Below, piece after piece: positions 16,933 through 25,286 of a stretch of DNA of 28,119 bases (within the stretch, counting starts at the first letter, position 1; each line of letters begins with the position of its first letter). The translations under genes were made by a program, and so were the position numbers. The DNA is from an uncultured Pseudomonadota bacterium (GTDB lineage: Bacteria > SAR324 > NAC60-12): contig CAJWCD010000033.1 in NCBI GenBank assembly GCA_913020725.1, positions 1-28,119 on the forward strand, in the 5' to 3' direction. A model generated the notes under the pieces. The model was given only the letters and a program-made list of their open reading frames with translations. It was not told the DNA's origin and ran no database searches.

Positions 16933-17681
16933 AGGATGCTGTTGCGAACTATTTCCAAGGCCTCGTCAATGCGCTCCCGGAAGTAGTTGCGGTTCGGAAA
17001 ATCTCCCGTCTGGAGGTAGTCTTCCGGGCTCAGGGACTGCTCCAGTTCTCGGGTTTTGCGGCGCATTTTCACATAGTTCTCCTCGCGGCTGAAGACCTTG
17101 ACCTTGAAAAAATAACGCACTTCCAACTGTTCTTCACGCACCCGCAAGTGGCAGAGCAGGTGATCGAGACTGGAGTATTCCTGTGTATCTGGAGGGTTCA
17201 ACTTGGCTTCGGCCCAGCCTTTCACATGCTTGCGGTGTTTTTCTAAGAATTTGAACTGCGTGGTGAAGGTTTGGAGAAAACTCTGAAGCAGCGGATGCAA
17301 ACGCACTTGCAGGTCAATGCGCCCTCCGTTTTCCAGCACTTCAGTGCCGCCGAAGAGCAGGAAAAGCGTTCCAGATTTGTCCGTGAGCGGGCAATCGCTG
17401 GGAAGCGGCAAGGTCCACTCGGCAGTATGCTGGGCACCCGCATCCAATTCTGGGAGGTCGAAGTTGAGCGTTTCCCGCACCTGCCACGCATCCGCCTTGC
17501 CGTCCTTGAGTTCCTTCTTGAGGGCATAGGCCAACAGAATTTGAACAGATTGGGTGGACAGGGAGTCGCCTCCGTTGTTACGCACCCGTAGTGTTCCGGA
17601 GAGGGAATCCCCTTGATTCCACTCTTCTCCGCTGGTTTCGATCTGATACTCAAGGGGCCGCTGAAAAAAAACGCTGCGCAT
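16929..17681 (-). CDS. Hypothetical protein; N-terminal beta-sandwich reminiscent of SpoOM/arrestin-like folds
   Basis: 250-aa ORF co-oriented with tmk and overlapping the cyclodeaminase start; 'W.QGD.LSGTL.V.N', 'WTLPLPSDCP.T' pattern. Family assignment tentative. Confidence 0.7.
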   Translation of the reverse strand: MRSVFFQRPLEYQIETSGEEWNQGDSLSGTLRVRNNGGDSLSTQSVQILLAYALKKELKDGKADAWQVRETLNFDLPELDAGAQHTAEWTLPLPSDCPLTDKSGTLFLLFGGTEVLENGGRIDLQVRLHPLLQSFLQTFTTQFKFLEKHRKHVKGWAEAKLNPPDTQEYSSLDHLLCHLRVREEQLEVRYFFKVKVFSREENYVKMRRKTRELEQSLSPEDYLQTGDFPNRNYFRERIDEALEIVRNSIL

Positions 17682-17703
17682 GGGAATTCAGGTTTTGGGT
17701 GAA

Positions 17704-18354
17704 TCAGGAAAGGATTCGTTCTTGAAAACAGGCCACCACCTGTTGGTGGAGGGTTTCGATGTCAGAATTTCCGTCAAGTCGGACGAAACGTTCGGGATTC
17801 GCTTGGGCCAATTCCGCAAAGCCTGCCTGCGCTCGTTGGAAGAAGCCGAGCGTTTCAGCATCCAAGCGGTCGAGCGCGTTGGCGCCCCGTGAGTGTTGCA
17901 GACGTTCCAGTGCCATTTTTGGAGGAAGGTCCAGCCAGAGCGTTAGATCGGGGAGATTCGGGGTGATGTGATTTTGAACAATCGAGTCGGTTGCTGTCAA
18001 GTCGAGTCCGCGCCCGTAGCCTTGGTAGGCAACCGCTGAGTCGTGGAAGCGGTCGCACAGCACCAGTGTTCCGGAAGCCTTGGCGGGGAGAATGACCTCC
18101 TGCAAATGCTGGATGCGGTCGGCGAGGTAGAGCAGGAGTTCACTGTCCGGACAGAGCTTGTGGTTCGCAGGGTCCAGCAAGACTTCGCGGATTTTCCGTC
18201 CAATCGGGGTGCCGCCGGGTTCACGGGTGCGTAGCACGGGGATGCCTGCTGTCTCCAGCCAGTCCGCCGCTCGTTCCAGTTGCGTGGACTTGCCGCAGCC
18301 GTCAAGACCCTCGAAGGTGACAAAGGCACCGTTTTTCACCAACCCACCTGCCAT
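17704..18354 (-). CDS. tmk: Thymidylate (dTMP) kinase
   Basis: FVTFEGLDGCGKSTQ, TREPGGT, ELLLYLADR, LCDRFHDSAVAYQGYGRG, PDLTLWLD, DRLD. Confidence 0.95.
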   Translation of the reverse strand: MAGGLVKNGAFVTFEGLDGCGKSTQLERAADWLETAGIPVLRTREPGGTPIGRKIREVLLDPANHKLCPDSELLLYLADRIQHLQEVILPAKASGTLVLCDRFHDSAVAYQGYGRGLDLTATDSIVQNHITPNLPDLTLWLDLPPKMALERLQHSRGANALDRLDAETLGFFQRAQAGFAELAQANPERFVRLDGNSDIETLHQQVVACFQERILS

Positions 18355-18388
18355 GGTGTTCGGCAGTGGCCCTCACCGAATCCCGTAC

Positions 18389-19021
18389 TCAAGAGGGGGG
18401 TGTTTTTTCGTAGACCGTATACACCTTCTCCTTGATCTCCTGATGCATCTTCTGCGCGTCGCGGATCACCGTGTTGCAGGCTTCCTTGAACTGCTCTATC
18501 GTCTCCGGATTGTCATTGGCGCTCTTGAAATTCTTGTACTGCTCGTAAAGTTGCCCCACGTCCTTGGACATGTTCTTCTTGAGGACGATGGCGACGGGAA
18601 GACTCTGCTTGAGTTCTTCCTTGCTGCCGCTGCTGAGGACTTGCTCTCCGGCAAGCTTGAGGGAATTCCTCTTTGCGGCCACGGCTTGATATTGTTGCTG
18701 GGTCTCTTCCGGAACCGACTGTACTGCGTCAGGGACACTGGTCTCCGGAGCTGCTGCCGATGCGAATTTTCCTTCAGTGGCAGGGGCTTCGTCGGGGGCA
18801 GCTCCTGCGTCTGCCGTTGCCTCTTCTGTTTCTGGGGCCGCAGCATCGGTGGCAGGGGCTTCGTCGGGGGCAGCTCCTGCGTCTGCCGTTGCCTCTTCTG
18901 TTTCTGGGGCCGCAGCATCGTTGGAGTTCTCGGCAGCAACGGCCTCGGCGGCTTCGGCCATTTCCTCTGTTACGTCTGCTTCGGTCTCTTCAGTAGAGAT
19001 ATCGGGGGTTTCATCGGCCAT
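18389..19021 (-). CDS. Acidic Ala/Glu/Pro-rich low-complexity protein with helical C-terminal domain
   Basis: Start MADETPD at 19021 with SD GAGGAG; roughly 100-aa disordered-looking N-terminal region containing a 24-aa duplication; Lys/Glu-rich helical C-terminus. Confidence 0.8.
   Translation of the reverse strand: MADETPDISTEETEADVTEEMAEAAEAVAAENSNDAAAPETEEATADAGAAPDEAPATDAAAPETEEATADAGAAPDEAPATEGKFASAAAPETSVPDAVQSVPEETQQQYQAVAAKRNSLKLAGEQVLSSGSKEELKQSLPVAIVLKKNMSKDVGQLYEQYKNFKSANDNPETIEQFKEACNTVIRDAQKMHQEIKEKVYTVYEKTPPS
18777..18920. repeat. Perfect 2 x 72-bp intragenic tandem duplication
   Basis: 18777-18848 is identical to 18849-18920; encodes DAAAPETEEATADAGAAPDEAPAT twice. Confidence 0.95.
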
Positions 19022-19143
19022 GGTGTCTCCTCGGATTCCGGTGGCTTGCTCCAAGCGAGCGGCTTGAGTTCACTAATGGATTACTGTAAATTAACAGGCA
19101 CTTCAAGCCATTTGACGTTTGAGCCTAAAGAATTGACCACCGA

Positions 19144-19467
19144 ATGCAGAAATTGAGACAGCGCAAGCCCGAAAAAATTTTACTTCAGGATGACCTCTAC
19201 ATCCTCTGGCGCGACGGGCGCGAAAGCCATTACAAATTTCACGACCTGCGCTGTGCGTGTCCTTGTGCAAGCTGTGTCAACGAACTAACGGGTGAGCGGG
19301 TGCTGAAGCCGGAGTCGGTGCCAAAGCATGTCCATGCGTCTGGCAGCGAATATGTGGGCAACTACGCCCTGCGCATCCACTGGAGTGACGGCCACAATAC
19401 CGGCCTCTACAATTTTAAACACCTGCGGGCACTTGACGAGGCTCGCACTTCCCAAAGCGAAACATGA
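19144..19467 (+). CDS. DUF971 / GBBH-like N-terminal domain protein
   Basis: I.W.DG..S.Y, LRCACPCASC, VGNYALRIHWSDGH.TGLY.F..LR. Confidence 0.9.
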   Translation: MQKLRQRKPEKILLQDDLYILWRDGRESHYKFHDLRCACPCASCVNELTGERVLKPESVPKHVHASGSEYVGNYALRIHWSDGHNTGLYNFKHLRALDEARTSQSET

Positions 19468-19937
19468 CCGAACTGGACGGCGACCTGATCGCCACTGACC
19501 TTTCCATCGCGATCGTGGTGTCGCGCTTCAACGAATTCATCGCGGAACGGCTGTTCGAAGGTGCAGTGGACGCTTTCGTGCGTCACGGTGGAGACCGCGA
19601 GCGCCTGACGATTTCCCGCGTTCCCGGAGCCTTTGAGTTGCCGCTCATTGCCAAGCGGCTTGCCCAGAGCGGTCGTTATGATGCAGTGGTTTGTCTTGGT
19701 GCGGTGATCCGGGGGGCGACTTCGCACTATGATTACGTCTGCTCAAACACGGCGAGTGGCATTGCCTCGGCAGGCTTGGACACGGGGGTGCCGGTGAGCT
19801 TTGGTGTCCTCACCACGGATACTTTGGAGCAAGCTATCGAGCGTTCCGGGGGCAAGGCGGGCAATCAGGGACGCCACGCCATGGCGAGCGTGATCGAGAT
19901 GGCGCGGTTGCTCCTGAAAATTCCGGTGGAACGCTAA
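19464..19937 (+). CDS. ribH: 6,7-dimethyl-8-ribityllumazine synthase
   Basis: IAIVVSRFN, VPGAFELP, YDAVVCLGAVIRGATSHYDYV, PVSFGVLTTDTLEQAIERSG. Confidence 0.96.
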   Translation: MTELDGDLIATDLSIAIVVSRFNEFIAERLFEGAVDAFVRHGGDRERLTISRVPGAFELPLIAKRLAQSGRYDAVVCLGAVIRGATSHYDYVCSNTASGIASAGLDTGVPVSFGVLTTDTLEQAIERSGGKAGNQGRHAMASVIEMARLLLKIPVER

Positions 19938-20022
19938 CTGCATTATCGTGGGGTGAGAGTTAGCCACGAGTCCGGCATGGGGTCGGTTTTGGTTTTTGCT
20001 AACGTCACTGCCGAGAGGTATC

Positions 20023-20205
20023 ATGCAATCACTCCTAAAGTGCGCAATTGCTCGGCTGGAAGATCTCTCCCGTCAAAATGTCTCCATTTCTAGGGGACTA
20101 GACCTCCTTGAAGCCTCAGCTCAAAGCTGCGGGGAATTGGTGGTCATCAATGTCATGCGGGACTGTTTCCAGGAACTCCTACAGGAGCAACATTGCCACG
20201 CTTAA
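20023..20205 (+). CDS. Small hypothetical helical protein (60 aa)
   Basis: GAGAGG SD before ATG 20023; MQSLLKCAIARLEDLSRQNVSISRGLDLLEASAQSCGELVVINVMRDCFQELLQEQHCHA. Confidence 0.6.
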   Translation: MQSLLKCAIARLEDLSRQNVSISRGLDLLEASAQSCGELVVINVMRDCFQELLQEQHCHA

Positions 20206-20370
20206 TTCCTTTCGGGTGAGGGGGGACCGCCTCTCCTCACCTCGATCCTCCAAGCACCCGTCTCTCAGCGGTTCCTTCAGATCACCAGACCCCAACTCCA
20301 AAACGTTGCTGAACTTTCCGGCGGTTGGTGTTCCGAATACACATACGGATTGGATTTCTCGCAAACCAGT

Positions 20371-20399
20371 TTGCAGGTTCCCCCACAGCCCGATAGTTT
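20371..20399 (+). promoter_or_regulatory. Putative sigma70 promoter of the glycosyltransferase
   Basis: TTGCAG-N17-TAGTTT, 39 nt upstream of the GTG start. Confidence 0.4.
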
Positions 20400-20438
20400 G
20401 TTGAGTTTAGACGAGACCACAACACAAGAGGCTTAACG

Positions 20439-21611
20439 GTGCTGGAGGGCAGGAGGGTGGTGCTGGTGCATGACTGGCTCAACGGCATGCGCGGCGGGGA
20501 GAAGTGTCTGGAGGTGCTCTGTGAGTTGTTCCCGGAGGCTCCCATCTACACGCTCATCCACGAAGAAGGACGCTTGAGTGCGACCATTGAGGCGCATCGG
20601 ATTGTACCCTCGTTCATTCAACATCTGCCGCACGGCATCTCACACTACCGCCACTTCCTCCCGCTCTTTCCAACCGCAATCGAACAGTTCCGTTTCGATG
20701 CCTACGATCTGATCATCAGCACCAGCCATTGTGTCGCCAAGGGCGCAAAGCCGGGACCGGAAACCTACCACTTTTCTTACGTCCACGCGCCGATGCGCTA
20801 TGTGTGGGACCTCTTCGACACCTACTTCCGGAGGACGCAAACCCATCCGGGAGTGCGCATCGCGGCTGAACTGGTGCGGCCCTACCTCAAGAACTGGGAT
20901 CGCCGTAGCACCTCGCGAGTGCACACGCTGCTCTGCAACAGCCGCAACGTGCGGCGCAAAATCCGGGAGTACTACTCCCGCGAGGCGCAAGTGATCCATC
21001 CACCCGTGGATGTTGAGCAGTTCCAGCCCGGCTCCCGGAAATCCGACTGTTATCTCATCATCAGTGCCTTTGCTCCGAACAAGCGCATCGACCTCGCGGT
21101 GGAAGCCTTCAACCGGCTCAAGCTTCCCCTCAAAATCGTGGGCAGCGGACAGGACGAAGCCTACTGCCGGAGCATCGCCCAAGATCATATCGAGTTCTTG
21201 GGAGAACAATCCTCCGAGGCACTGGTCGCGCTTTATCAAGAAGCTCGCGCCTTCGTGTTTCCTGGAGAGGATGATTTCGGCATCACGCCTCTGGAAGCGC
21301 AGGCCTCCGGAACGCCAGTCATCGCTTTTGGAGCAGGCGGTGCGTTGGAGACAGTCAATGAGCGCACCGGACTTTTCTTTCATGAACAGCGCATCGACGC
21401 GCTCTGTGCCGCAATCGAGGAAATGGAGCGGCGGTATTCGGAGTTTGATCCGGACGACCTTGTGCGCAACGCCGCCCGTTTTGGACGCGAACGCTACAAG
21501 CAGCAGATGGCTCATGCCATTGAGTATGGCTATCGGCAGTGGAAGGACGGGCTGGCAGAACCTGCGGTTCCAGAATCCATGCAAGCACCCGAATCCTCAG
21601 AGGTTTCATGA
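20439..21611 (+). CDS. Glycosyltransferase family 4 (GT-B)
   Basis: VHDWL.GMRGGEK, YDLIISTSHCVAKG, YVHAPMRY.WD, KRIDLAVEAF, EDFGITPLEAQASGTPVIA (EX7E). Confidence 0.93.
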   Translation: MLEGRRVVLVHDWLNGMRGGEKCLEVLCELFPEAPIYTLIHEEGRLSATIEAHRIVPSFIQHLPHGISHYRHFLPLFPTAIEQFRFDAYDLIISTSHCVAKGAKPGPETYHFSYVHAPMRYVWDLFDTYFRRTQTHPGVRIAAELVRPYLKNWDRRSTSRVHTLLCNSRNVRRKIREYYSREAQVIHPPVDVEQFQPGSRKSDCYLIISAFAPNKRIDLAVEAFNRLKLPLKIVGSGQDEAYCRSIAQDHIEFLGEQSSEALVALYQEARAFVFPGEDDFGITPLEAQASGTPVIAFGAGGALETVNERTGLFFHEQRIDALCAAIEEMERRYSEFDPDDLVRNAARFGRERYKQQMAHAIEYGYRQWKDGLAEPAVPESMQAPESSEVS

Positions 21612-22420
21612 GTCGAATCCGGATGCTGGCGGCACTGCTGCTCATGCTACTTTTGGGTGCCGCCAGCACTCCCGCGAACTATGAGGCGCGGCTGGCCCAC
21701 GCATTTGGCACTCGCTGGATTCACCAACTCAACGCTCCGGAGCTTGATCAGCGTGTGCAGGCGGTGCAGGCGTTCTTGGCGTTTCCGAAATTGGGGCTGC
21801 CGCATCTCAGAAACTCGCTGGCTACTTCTGAATCCACCACCGGACGTTGGCCCGCTGCTTTCCTGCTCGGCTTGCTTGGTGAACGCAGAGATGTTCGTTT
21901 TTTGCTGAATCCCCTGCAATACCATCGGGAGCAACTGGAGCGCCCGGAGGTTTGGCGTGGCGCACTGGAGCGGCTCTACTTGCGGACACGGACGCAGGAG
22001 TCGTTTGAACTTCAACTCACCAAGCTCTCGCTCAAGGTTCTTGGCAACGAGATTATTGAAGGCAGGCGAGTGATCTCTGTGCAACTGGACTCGGCTTTGC
22101 TGAATCGCGGCAAGAATTCCGGACTCGTCGAGATTTCTCTGCACCTGTGGGGAGCGGGAATCACCGTAGCGCCTCAACCTCGACTCGTATGGCTGGTTCC
22201 GGAAACCTCAAACCCGCAGACGTTCTCGCTGGAAATGAGCATGGCAGCCGAAGGTGATCCCATCCGTCTAGATTTCTGGGTGCATCACATTGGCTCCAGC
22301 GAACGGCTGCTCCACCAAAAGGCACTGCTTCCCTTGCGTCCGAAACTGGCTCCGGATAATGCCACCGCAACGGCTGCTCCTGCCGACTCGGAAAGCCCTA
22401 CGGACACTCCCTCTCAGTAG
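21608..22420 (+). CDS. Secreted hypothetical protein (HEAT-like helical N-terminus, beta-rich C-terminus)
   Basis: Start ATG 21608 (ATGA overlap with the GT4 stop); signal peptide MSRIRMLAALLLMLLLGAAS; 'GLPHLRNSL...RWPAAFLLGLLG....V..LL' HEAT-like segment. Confidence 0.7.
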   Translation: MSRIRMLAALLLMLLLGAASTPANYEARLAHAFGTRWIHQLNAPELDQRVQAVQAFLAFPKLGLPHLRNSLATSESTTGRWPAAFLLGLLGERRDVRFLLNPLQYHREQLERPEVWRGALERLYLRTRTQESFELQLTKLSLKVLGNEIIEGRRVISVQLDSALLNRGKNSGLVEISLHLWGAGITVAPQPRLVWLVPETSNPQTFSLEMSMAAEGDPIRLDFWVHHIGSSERLLHQKALLPLRPKLAPDNATATAAPADSESPTDTPSQ

Positions 22421-22431
22421 CTTTCAGCAAT

Positions 22432-22487
22432 CAGCACTGGATTAGTGCTATTTTTTTATTGAATTAGGACCAATCTAGTGCTAGTCT
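22432..22487 (+). promoter_or_regulatory. isc promoter with two tandem Rrf2-type operator dyads
   Basis: cAGCACTggattAGTGCTa (22432-22450) and tAGGACcaatctAGTGCTa (22465-22483); -35 TTGAAT (22459-22464), 17-nt spacer, extended -10 TGcTAGTCT (-10 at 22482-22487). Confidence 0.72.
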
Positions 22488-22511
22488 GAATAAGACGAAG
22501 ATTTGAATCCC

Positions 22512-22967
22512 ATGCTGAAGCTTTCAAAAAAGACCGATTACGCAATCATCCTACTCACACACCTTGGCGCAACGCACGCGCCGGTGAGTGCGCAGGAACT
22601 GTCCGCGCACTACCGCTTGCCGCATCCGATGACGGCCAACATTCTCAAGCAGTTGGTCACGGTTGGGATAACAGAATCAATGCGGGGGCAGCACGGCGGC
22701 TATGTGCTGGCACGACCAGCGGCGAGCATCACCCTTGTTGAGATCATTCAAGTCATGGACGGCCCCTTCACTCTGGTCGATTGCGTCCACGAGGAAGGGT
22801 GCTGTAAGGTGTCGCAACACTGCCCCACGCGAGGGCCGCTCACTGCCTTGCATCGTCGCATGGAGCAATTCATGGAGGAAACCACCCTCGCGTCTATCAT
22901 CGCGGAATCACAACTGAACCTCACACCCCAGCCATCCCAGGATCATGGAATTACCCATCTATCTTGA
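22512..22967 (+). CDS. Rrf2-family Fe-S cluster assembly regulator
   Basis: [21 protein letters not shown]...IT..EII...DG, Cys cluster [15 protein letters not shown]; heads the isc operon. Confidence 0.9.
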   Translation: MLKLSKKTDYAIILLTHLGATHAPVSAQELSAHYRLPHPMTANILKQLVTVGITESMRGQHGGYVLARPAASITLVEIIQVMDGPFTLVDCVHEEGCCKVSQHCPTRGPLTALHRRMEQFMEETTLASIIAESQLNLTPQPSQDHGITHLS

Positions 22968-24159
22968 CTACAACGCTACTACGCCGACTGACCCACGGGT
23001 GGTGGAGGCGATGCTGCCGTATTTCACGGAAATCTATGGTAACGCTGCCAGCCGCAACCATTCCTTTGGCTGGACTGCTGAAAAAGCTGTTGCTAGCGCA
23101 CGGGACATGCTCGGTAGCCTGATTGGCACGAGCAGCAAGGAGATTGTCTTCACGAGTGGAGCTACGGAATCGAATAACATCGCTATCCTTGGCGCTGCGG
23201 ATTTCCACAAGGACAAGGGACGCCACATCATCTCCAGCCCCATTGAACACAAGGCAGTGATTGACCCCTATCACTACTTGGAACAGCAGGGCTACGAGGT
23301 CACTTTCCTCGATGTTGATCAGCACGGTTGCATCAGTCTGGAGCAGTTGGAGCAAACGATTCGTCCGGACACGATCCTCGTTTCGCTGATGGGCGGGAAC
23401 AACGAGATCGGCACCGTCAATCCGCTGGAGGAAATCGGACGCATCACCCGCAAACACGGGGTGCTGTTCCACACGGATGCGACTCAGGCGTATGGCAAGA
23501 TTCCGCTTGATGTCGAGCGCATGAACATTGATCTGCTCTCCATGAGTGCGCACAAGATGTACGGTCCCAAAGGCATCGGTGCCCTGTACGTCCGCCGCAA
23601 GAAGCCGAGGGTGCGGCTTTCGCCGATCGTCTTCGGAGGGGGACACGAGCGGGGCATGCGCTCCGGAACGCTCAACGTCACCGGCATTGTCGGCTTCGGC
23701 AAGGCGGCGGAACTCTGTGCGGAGGAAATGGCGTCCGAGGCCGAACGCCTGATCGGCTTGCGGCAGCGGCTCTACGAAAAACTCACGACGGAACTCGATT
23801 ATGTGTTCCTCAACGGCCACCCGACCGACCGCCTACCCAACAACCTCAACCTCAGTTTCGGCTACGTTGAAGGCGAGAGCTTGATCATGGGCATCGGCGA
23901 CATCGCGGTTTCGTCCGGATCGGCCTGCACCTCCGCCAGCCTTGAGCCGTCTTACGTCTTGCGCTCGTTGGGCGTGGGTGACGATTTGGCGCATTCCTCC
24001 ATCCGCTTCGGCTTCGGACGCTTCACCACGGTGGAGGAAATTGACTACACCGCCGAGCAGGTTTCCAGTGCCGTCAAGCGGCTCCGGGAGATGTCCCCGC
24101 TTTACGAGATGGTGCTGGAGGGCATTGATCTTTCAACCGTGCAGTGGGCCTCCCACTGA
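22945..24159 (+). CDS. iscS: Cysteine desulfurase IscS
   Basis: [32 protein letters not shown] (PLP Lys), [27 protein letters not shown]. Confidence 0.97.
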   Translation: MELPIYLDYNATTPTDPRVVEAMLPYFTEIYGNAASRNHSFGWTAEKAVASARDMLGSLIGTSSKEIVFTSGATESNNIAILGAADFHKDKGRHIISSPIEHKAVIDPYHYLEQQGYEVTFLDVDQHGCISLEQLEQTIRPDTILVSLMGGNNEIGTVNPLEEIGRITRKHGVLFHTDATQAYGKIPLDVERMNIDLLSMSAHKMYGPKGIGALYVRRKKPRVRLSPIVFGGGHERGMRSGTLNVTGIVGFGKAAELCAEEMASEAERLIGLRQRLYEKLTTELDYVFLNGHPTDRLPNNLNLSFGYVEGESLIMGIGDIAVSSGSACTSASLEPSYVLRSLGVGDDLAHSSIRFGFGRFTTVEEIDYTAEQVSSAVKRLREMSPLYEMVLEGIDLSTVQWASH

Positions 24160-24186
24160 TTCATAACCTATTTCTGAGAAGACCAA

Positions 24187-24576
24187 ATGGCATACAGCGA
24201 AAAAGTCGTGGACCACTACAGTGCTCCCCGCAACGTGGGCAGTTTCATGAAGAATGATGACGCCGTGGGTACCGGACTTGTCGGTGCTCCGGAATGCGGT
24301 GATGTGATGAAGCTTCAGATCAAGGTGGAGAACAACCAGATCGTGGATGCGAAATTCAAGACCTTTGGATGTGGCAGTGCTATCGCATCTTCTTCCCTCG
24401 CCACCGAGTGGGTGAAGGGCAAGACACTGGACGAGGCCATGACCATCAGGAACACGGAGATTGTCGAGGAACTTTCCTTGCCGCCCGTGAAAATTCACTG
24501 CTCTGTGCTGGCCGAGGATGCGATCAAAGCCGCCATCGCCGACTACAAATCCCGGAGCGCAGCCTCCGCTGACTGA
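24187..24576 (+). CDS. iscU: Fe-S cluster scaffold IscU
   Basis: MAYSEKVVDHY, GAPECGDVMKLQI, FKTFGCGSAIASSS, LPPVKIHCS. Confidence 0.97.
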   Translation: MAYSEKVVDHYSAPRNVGSFMKNDDAVGTGLVGAPECGDVMKLQIKVENNQIVDAKFKTFGCGSAIASSSLATEWVKGKTLDEAMTIRNTEIVEELSLPPVKIHCSVLAEDAIKAAIADYKSRSAASAD

Positions 24577-24590
24577 GTTGGCATTCTTCC

Positions 24591-25199
24591 TTGCCTGACC
24601 CATCTGTCGCTTGCGAGCAGTGCCGCGCCCCGCTGATTTCGCTCCTGTACTGCTTCGGATGCGACGCCCTTCAGTTTCCGTCCGGAGAGGTCACCCCTCA
24701 CGAGGCCCTTGGCATCCCGGAATCCTTTCAGGTGGACCTTGATTTGCTGGAAGGGCGTTACCAGCAACTCACGTTCGAACTGCATCCGGATTTCTACGCC
24801 AACGCCAGCAAGCGCGAACAGCGGCAGAGCGAACTCGCCTCAGCCGTGCTCAATCGGGCCTACAACACCCTCTGGAATCCCGTCGCCCGCGCCAATGACC
24901 TGCTACCCCGATTGGCGCAGGGCACGGTATTGGACGAACGGCAACTGCCAGCGGGCTTCTTGATGGAAATGTTTGAAGTGCAAGAATCCCTTGACGACTT
25001 GCTGGATTCTGGAACTCCGGACGAAATCGTCCAAACTCGTACAGATCTAGCAGAACGCCACGCATCCTTGATTTCCGGACTTGCCCTGCACTTTGCAGAA
25101 GCGGCAGCCACAGCCCCTCCGTCCACACTCCAAACTCTGCAAACCGACCTCAACGCAGAACGCTACCTGCACCGCTTGCTGGAACGCTTTCCAGTTTGA
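24591..25199 (+). CDS. hscB: Co-chaperone HscB (J-domain with N-terminal CxxC..CxxC)
   Basis: CEQC...CFGC, LHPDFY J-domain motif, LNRAYNTL.NP..RA, FLMEMFE; TTG start. Confidence 0.9.
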   Translation: MPDPSVACEQCRAPLISLLYCFGCDALQFPSGEVTPHEALGIPESFQVDLDLLEGRYQQLTFELHPDFYANASKREQRQSELASAVLNRAYNTLWNPVARANDLLPRLAQGTVLDERQLPAGFLMEMFEVQESLDDLLDSGTPDEIVQTRTDLAERHASLISGLALHFAEAAATAPPSTLQTLQTDLNAERYLHRLLERFPV

Positions 25200-25286
25200 G
25201 TTGGTGAGTTTGGTGAGTCTGCTGCCTACTGACTCGTGCCTTTTAAACTTTGGAACTTTGCCCCTTTGGAACTCTGAAACTTGAAG

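Noticed and set aside
18777..18920. Possible CRISPR-like repeat
   Set aside because: Two adjacent 72-bp units without spacers, in-frame within a CDS; no cas genes.
20640..23820. Antisense ORFs of 314 aa (20640-21584) and 289 aa (22951-23820)
   Set aside because: Mirror frames of the GT4 and iscS genes.
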